A stretch of 64,000 nt of DNA from Octopus vulgaris (lineage: Eukaryota). The notes under the pieces are model-generated. The model did no database searches. It saw only the letters and a program-made list of their open reading frames with translations, and was not told the origin of the DNA. The DNA is taken from NCBI GenBank assembly GCA_951406725.2, contig OX597840.1, positions 18,290,001 to 18,354,000 of the forward strand, in the 5' to 3' direction. The position numbers were made by a program, and so were the translations under genes. Positions 57,034-64,000 of the stretch are shown piece after piece; the stretch's first letter is position 1; every line of letters starts with the position of its first letter.

Positions 57034-59714
57034 TTACCTGAGATAAAAGAAAAGCTAAAGCAAGATATCCTTGCCAAAGCACAAAGGATCCGCCGGTACG
57101 AGAAACGCCAGCGCTTCTTTGAACAAAACAAAAAGTTCAACTCCAACCCCAAAAAGTTCTACCAAGAACTTGGCAAAAATAAAATAGAAATCACTGCAGC
57201 ACCAACGGCAGAAGAAGTGGAAGAATTCTGGAGAGAAATATGGTCGGCGAACGAACAACCAAAAAAAGGAATATTAAAATAACAAACTCAGCATCTGAGC
57301 AACTTTGGACCCCCATAACAACTGAAGAGGTCACCCAGGCACTGCAAAGACTAAGCAACTGGAAGGCACCTGGGCATGACAAGATCCCCAACTTCTGGTT
57401 GAAATATCTAACAGGAATGCACAAAAAGCTGGCTGAAAACTTTAACAACGTACTAGCAGAGCCAGAGACAATGCCTGAATGGCTCACGAAGGGGAAAACC
57501 ATCTTAATTCCCAAATCAAACGAGACAGCAAAACCAGAAAACTACAGACCAATAACCTGTCTCCCTACAATGTACAAGGCATTTACTGCAGTGATATCGC
57601 AAAGGTTGAACAAGCACCTAGACGAAAACAACCTGTTTACAGAAGAGCAGAAAGGATGCCGCAAAGGCTCATACGGCTGTAAAGATCAACTAATGATCAA
57701 TAAAGCCATAACTGAAGACAGCCACAGAAAGAAGAAAGGCCTCAGTATGGCCTGGATCGACTACAAAAAGGCGTTTGATAGCATCCCCCACACGTGGATC
57801 CTCGAAACACTAGCCATTAACAAAGTAGCACCAACAATTATAAAATTCATTGGGCACTCTATGAATAAATGGCAAACAGTCCTACACCTCCAAACAAAAG
57901 AGGGACTCATGAAAACCAAAGCCATCCCCATTAGAAGAGGAATATTCCAGGGAGACACGCTCTCTCCACTCCTTTTCTGCTTGGCACTGTCACCTCTATC
58001 TGATATGCTAAATAGAACTGGATGCGGATATAAATGTTACGGCAAAACGATCAGCCACCTTTTATATATGGATGACCTAAAACTATACGCTGAAAATGAC
58101 AAACAGCTGGAAACACTATTAAAGACAGTTCATGGATTTACCAAAGAAATAGATATGAAATTTGGATTAGAAAAATGCGCCAAAGTAACCATGAAAAGAG
58201 GAAAACTAGTTAAGAGTAGCAACATCACACTAGATAAAACCAATGAAATAAAAGAATTAGACGAAAGCCAAACTTACAAATACTTAGGAATCCATGAACT
58301 AGATAAGACACAACACACACAAATGAAAGAGAAAATAAGAAAAGAATATTATAGACGAGTTAGATCAATACTAAAAACAGAGCTCAATGCTAAAAACAAG
58401 ATAATAGGTATTAACACTTTAGCTGTCCCAGTTATAAGTTACAGCTACAATATCCTTAACTGGACACTAAATGAACTGACCAAAATAGATAGGAAAACAA
58501 GAAAAATAATGACAGGATCTAGGATGCATCACCCAAAATCCTGACATAGCAAGACGATAGATACAACGTATAGAAGGTGGTAGAGGCCTTATACAGCTGG
58601 AAAACTACTATAAAATAACCACCATAGGACTGCAAAAATATCTACTTCAGAAGGAAGGAAAACTGCTACAAATAGCGGCAAAACACGAGCAAAACAAAAA
58701 ACTGTTCTCAGTATTTAAGGAAGCTGACAAATACAAACAAGAAATCATACCACCTAACAAATATAAAGAAGAAGAAGAAGATGAAGAAACAACAAAAGCT
58801 ATAAAACAAATGAAATCCAAACTAAAACTAGAACAGCAACGGGTCATGATAAAACGATGGCAAGAAAAACCCCTTCACGGTAAATACTGGACTAAACAAA
58901 AGAAATAGACAAAGAAAAATCCCAGCAATGGTTGAGAAGCTCAGGACTCAAAGCAGAGACAGAGGGATTTTTAATTGCAGCACAAGACCAAAGCCTCCCC
59001 ACCAGAAATTACCAAAAACATGTAATGAAAAGAAATATAACAAGTAACTGCAGAATATGTGGAGATGGACAAGAAACAATAAATCATATTATCTCTGGCT
59101 GCCCAGTCCTGGCTAAGAAGGAATATATTCACAGACATGACAGAGTTGGAACCTACATACACTGGAAGCTATGCCAACATTATGGAATAACAACAGAAAA
59201 AAGATGGCATAGGCACACACTAGAAAAGGTCACAGAAAACGAGAAAGCAACCATACTCTGGGATATGCCGATACACATAGATAGAGAAATTAAGGCTAAC
59301 AGACCAGATATAGTTGTCAGAGATCATGAAGAAAAAAATGCTTTCTAATTGATGTATCAATACCGGCAGATGACAACGTGTCTCTAAAAGAAATGGAGAA
59401 ACTTTCAAAATACAAAGACCTGGAAATAGAGGTAACCAGAATGTGGAATCTAAAAACAGAAACAATTCCTATCATAGTAGGTGCATTAGGCATGATAAAA
59501 AAATATCCAGACAAATACATAACAAAAACACCAGGACTTACAAACACATATAACATACAGAAAATTGCACTACTAGGCACTGCACACATCCTACGCAGAA
59601 CACTTTCAATACAGTAACCATCAGAGCATCACAACAAATCACAGCACATAGCCAAGGCACACAGAGCTGCGCTCGGTAGTGAAGTGAAAGCACATTATAA
59701 AAATAAAACTACTG
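57034..59714 (+). mobile_element. 5'-truncated R4/Dong element, second subfamily (Dong-2), several frameshifts
   Basis: ORFs 57240-58544, 58932-59348 and 59378-59617 with YMDD, CRIC..ETINHIISGC, RHD, RPDIV; (TAA)n on both sides. Confidence 0.92.
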
Positions 59715-59751
59715 AATGATAATAATAATAATAATAATGATAATAATGATG

Positions 59752-59817
<66 letters not shown>

Positions 59818-59820
59818 GTA

Positions 59821-59888
<68 letters not shown>
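59715..59888. repeat. (TAA)n array between Dong-2 and Dong-3
   Basis: Directly visible. Confidence 0.97.
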
Positions 59889-59893
<5 letters not shown>

Positions 59894-61837
59894 GTCGTCT
59901 CAAAATTCTTAGAGAATAGCATGACCATGTGGAACACACGTCTCTTTCTAAGCCATAGTAATGGGATGAGCCAGTCCAACAGCATCAACATCAAACGAGG
60001 CATCTTTCAAGGTGACTCCCTCTCTCCATTACTTTTTTGCATGGCAATGATCCCACTCTCAAACGAATTGGATAGTACCAGATGTGGGTACAAAGTTTTT
60101 AGTAAGTTAATAAACCACCTTTTCTATATGGACGACCTAAAGCTGTTTGCCAGGAATGACCAAGAGCTAGAAGGGCTGCTAACAACTGTTAAAGAGTTTA
60201 GCAATGATATCGGAATGGATTTTGGCCTTGATAAGTGTGCTAAAGCAACTTTTGTAAGAGGCAAGCTCAGGCAAACAGCTTCTGTTAAATTAGATATTGA
60301 CACTACCATCAAGGAACTTGACCCACAAGAAAGTTACAAATACCTAGGAATCAACGAAGGAGATGGTATACATCATGCTACTATGAAGGAAAAAATAAGA
60401 AAGGAATACTATAGGAGAATAAGGCTTGTACTGAAGACTGAACTCAACTCCAAAAATTGCATTGAGGCTATTAACACCCTGGCGCTTCCAGTAGTCCAGT
60501 ACAGTTTTAACATCATTAACTGGAACCTTATGGAACTCCAACGCTTGGACAGGAAGACAAGAAAATTACTGACATCCAAGAGCATGCACCACCCTAAGGC
60601 AGATGTAGACCGCCTGTACCTACCTAGAAGCAGCGGGGGGAGAGGAATGATGCAATTAGAACTGTGCTATAAGACCTCTACTGTAGGAATGAACAGGTAC
60701 CTATCTAGTACAAAGGACTGGATGCTGCGACTTGTGTGCGAACACGAAAGCAGCAAAAAGCTGCATTCTATTGTCAAGGAAGCCTATAAGTTCGAAAGGG
60801 AACTAGGCATTAACCTTGAATCAGATGAAGAGCCGGAAACCACTGCTACCAAGCAAGCAAAGCGAATCAAGCAGACTGCAAAAAAGAACGGGCAGAATCA
60901 AATTGAGAGGCGGTGGAGCCAGAAGCCCCTGCATGGACAATATATTCTCCGAAGCCAAAATGCTGATGTAGACCAAGCAACAACCCATCAGTGGCTGAAG
61001 AGTTCTGGATTGAAAGCAGAGACTGAAGGCTTCATAATGGCCGCACAAGATCAAAGCTTGTTTACCAGAAATTACCAGGCTAACGTTCTCCGAAACGGTA
61101 CTGACCCTAAATGGAGATTCTGTGACACATTTGACGAAACGATAGACCATCTCGTTTCGGGATGTCCTGTGCTGACACCAAACGAATACAAAAATCGCCA
61201 CGATAGGGTAGGACAGTATATACATTGGAAGATATGTAAACACTACAAATCCGACACTCCTGCTAACTGGTATGAACATCATCCTCAGCCAGTTGTTGAA
61301 GGTAAAGATGTCACCATCCTCTGGGATTTACCAGTCAACACTGACAGAACGATCAAGGCTAATCGACCAGACATAATTGTTAAAGACAGGGAAGAAAATA
61401 CCTGCAGACTAATAGAAGTAAGCGTCCCCACTGATAAAAATGTATCTGTAAAGGAATTTGACAAACTTAGTAAATATAAGGACCTGGAAATCGAAATACA
61501 AAAGATGTGGAATCTTAAAACAAAAACTGTTCCGTTATTGTAGGTGCCCTAGGTATGATAAAAAAGGGATGTCAGAAACACCTAGACAATATCCCTGGAG
61601 AACCATGTCTCAAGGAAACCCAAAAGATTGTGCTAACAAGTACTGCCCACATCCTTAGAAAAACCCTATCAATGTAAATGTTTGTGTTTGTATTACATGG
61701 AGATATTTCTCTACTTCCCCTCCCCAAGCTTTCAACTATATTTCAACAACTCTTAACCTTCACTTGCCCTAGGGCGCTGGGTCTGCCCCGGCAAGTGATT
61801 GCATCAAACATGCAGATTAAAAGTAAATGACAATGAA
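59889..61837 (+). mobile_element. 5'-truncated R4/Dong element, third subfamily (Dong-3)
   Basis: ORF 59921-61543: GIFQGDSLSP, YMDD, AAQDQSL, RHD, RPDII..KLSKY; frameshifted C-terminus ends at ~61677; TAA tail. Confidence 0.92.
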
Positions 61838-61858
61838 AATAATAATAATATTAATAAT

Positions 61859-62345
61859 GTTTTCTTTGCGGGGGGGTCAGGAAAATACAGCGTGGGGTTA
61901 CAGAAAAAATATGTAAAAGTATTTAAAAATTACAAAAATATAAATTTTAATAAAAGACTAATTCCCCAAAGGAGGGAGATTATCTCTGGATGTTCGTGGT
62001 AACTCTGCAAAATCAAGGTCCCCTGACCACTAGAGCAAGTGCCCTCTCCACATTGTCAACAGGCTCATGTTTAGAGTAGACCTTCTCACTGTTGCCATTC
62101 TTACCACATTTCCCCAGCCTTCAACAAAATTGCTGGGGAGAAGCACTGCCCTCCCGACCCTCACTTTCCTTTTCAAGTGAAACTTGAAAAGGATGATGAG
62201 GGCTTGGCCAAAGAGGAAAGCATCTGTCTTTCAGCACTTTCAATCTAGTCCACCAGACAACCTCTTTTACTAGGGTCACCAGACAAAGGAACACTATCTG
62301 CCCTTCCTGGCCAAAGGAAGGCGTCGGGACGATCTTCACAGCGTA
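61859..62345 (-). mobile_element. Tx1/L1-clade LINE 3' end
   Basis: KIVPTPSFGQEGQIVFLCLVTLVKEVVWWTRLK, homologous to the 9965-10285 ORF; 3' end abuts the Dong-3 tail. Confidence 0.78.
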
Positions 62346-62634
62346 ATAATAACGCAATATAGATAAAATGTCAAAAATGCCTTGGTACGTGATTTTTGGT
62401 CCACCCTGTAAATCGGTGGTCCTCAACCATTTTTTTTTTTCTTGCCTATGGATTCCTTTGATTTCTCGGATAGAACCTCATAGTTATCTGATGTTTAAAA
62501 TTTAAAAACTCCTTTTCATATTCTTATCATGAAATATTATTAGGAAGTGTATAAAATTTTTTTTAATATTTTGTGTATTGTAGAAGTGTAAGGAATTTGG
62601 TACGTGGGAGAGTTTGTCTACAACAATTCATCTA

Positions 62635-62912
62635 CAACCGTACACACACGTACAACCACACATATACACATACAACCACACACACACACATACACATACA
62701 TCGAACCACACACAAACCACACACTCATACATACAACCACACTCATACACATACATACAACCACTCGCACACATACACACATACAACAACACACAACACA
62801 CACACATACATACAACCACACACACACATGCAACTACACACACATGCAACCATACATACACATATACAACCACACATACATACACATCCAACCATACACA
62901 AACCACACACAG
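62635..62912. repeat. Degenerate CA-rich minisatellite (tacaaccacac.. units)
   Basis: Directly visible. Confidence 0.8.
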
Positions 62913-63737
62913 ATAAATTGTTGGGGACGAATTCACCTAGACCCAACCAATTTATTGCACCTAAATTTTAACTACAAACCCCTCAACGTAACAAGGGCCG
63001 TAACAGCCCCCGAGGGCCATATGGACCCGGAATGAGAATCGCTGGTGTACAGACTCCTTCGTTAACCCCACGATTTGAAGGATTTTCTGTGTTTTTACCA
63101 TATCCATTCTGTATTTTTATGGAGAACTGCATTATCTAATGTGTCATTACCATGGTTGAATGGGTAGAAAACTCGCGTCTCAATCACATGGTCACCAGTT
63201 CAATTCCACAGTGTGGCATTGCGGTAAATGTATTTTATTGGTGTCTCGGGGGGACCCATACATTGCGCGAGAAATTGGATGGAGGGAAACTGTATGGAAG
63301 CCCGGCAGATGATTGTTCCTGTAGTTCTGATAGTCCAACCTTGTCCCACTGATTCTGTCTTAGAATTGCGCTAAACGGTGCCCGTGTCTGTGGAGCAGGG
63401 AATTCGATTAACCGAACAGTTGTATCCTTATCGTTGAAATCGACGAAGATTCATTTGTATTAAGCTTATTTAAGATGGCAGGTTATGATTTGAGGAACAT
63501 TTAATCGTTATTTCTAGCAGGTCTATCTCGTCGGCGCCATTTATTGTGTGTGTGTGTCTGTGTGTGTGCTTCATTTTCCAAACATACAAACATAAAGGAT
63601 TGCGCTCGAAAGAGGTCACATCCGGTAAATACTTCGCTATCTTATACGAAACACGACTGGCAAGGATTGGTCGATTGCTAAACACGAATTCCGTTTGCAG
63701 ATTCCAGCAATTTTGTTGTTTGTAATTCATGCACATT

Positions 63738-63804
<67 letters not shown>

Positions 63805-64000
63805 CTCGTTCACAGATATACGTATGTATATGTGCGTGTGTATATACATATGTCTGTATACATACATATATGTATGTATGTGTGTGTATTTGTATATATG
63901 TATATATGTATATTTGTGATGGTTGTCAGTTCAATACAAAGCTTGACCACTTCGGTGTATACACGAGTACACGATGCTCAATTCTCGCATGAGATCCTCG

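Noticed and set aside
62385-62412. Tc1-like TIR end (ccaccctgta); also a Tigger-like end at ~27042
   Set aside because: Single ends with no partner TIR or transposase found.

Overview
Repeat-saturated animal genomic DNA, most likely octopus (inferred from recognisable OK/OR-type tRNA-derived SINEs and extreme microsatellite density). No host protein-coding exon, rRNA, tRNA gene or CRISPR array could be supported; most ORF-track entries are microsatellite translations. The real coding sequence is retroelement-derived. It comprises three distinct R4/Dong-clade RLE retrotransposons in tandem, each bounded by (TAA)n (53-62 kb; the first near-intact), a fourth degenerate Dong, a Penelope-like RT+GIY-YIG element with a duplicated 3' part, an RTE LINE, several Tx1/L1 and CR1-group fragments, and a decayed Ty3/Gypsy element. 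Notable non-coding patterns: (1) many short TA-flanked repeats and inverted repeats with minimal hammerhead-like cores, several non-canonical; (2) a non-coding TAA-associated retroposon whose 3' end is the exact start of both giant, internally structured (AAT)n arrays; (3) a MITE with 29-bp TIRs, an 8-bp TSD and internal telomeric repeats; (4) a LINE 3' end sharing its tail with the dominant SINE.
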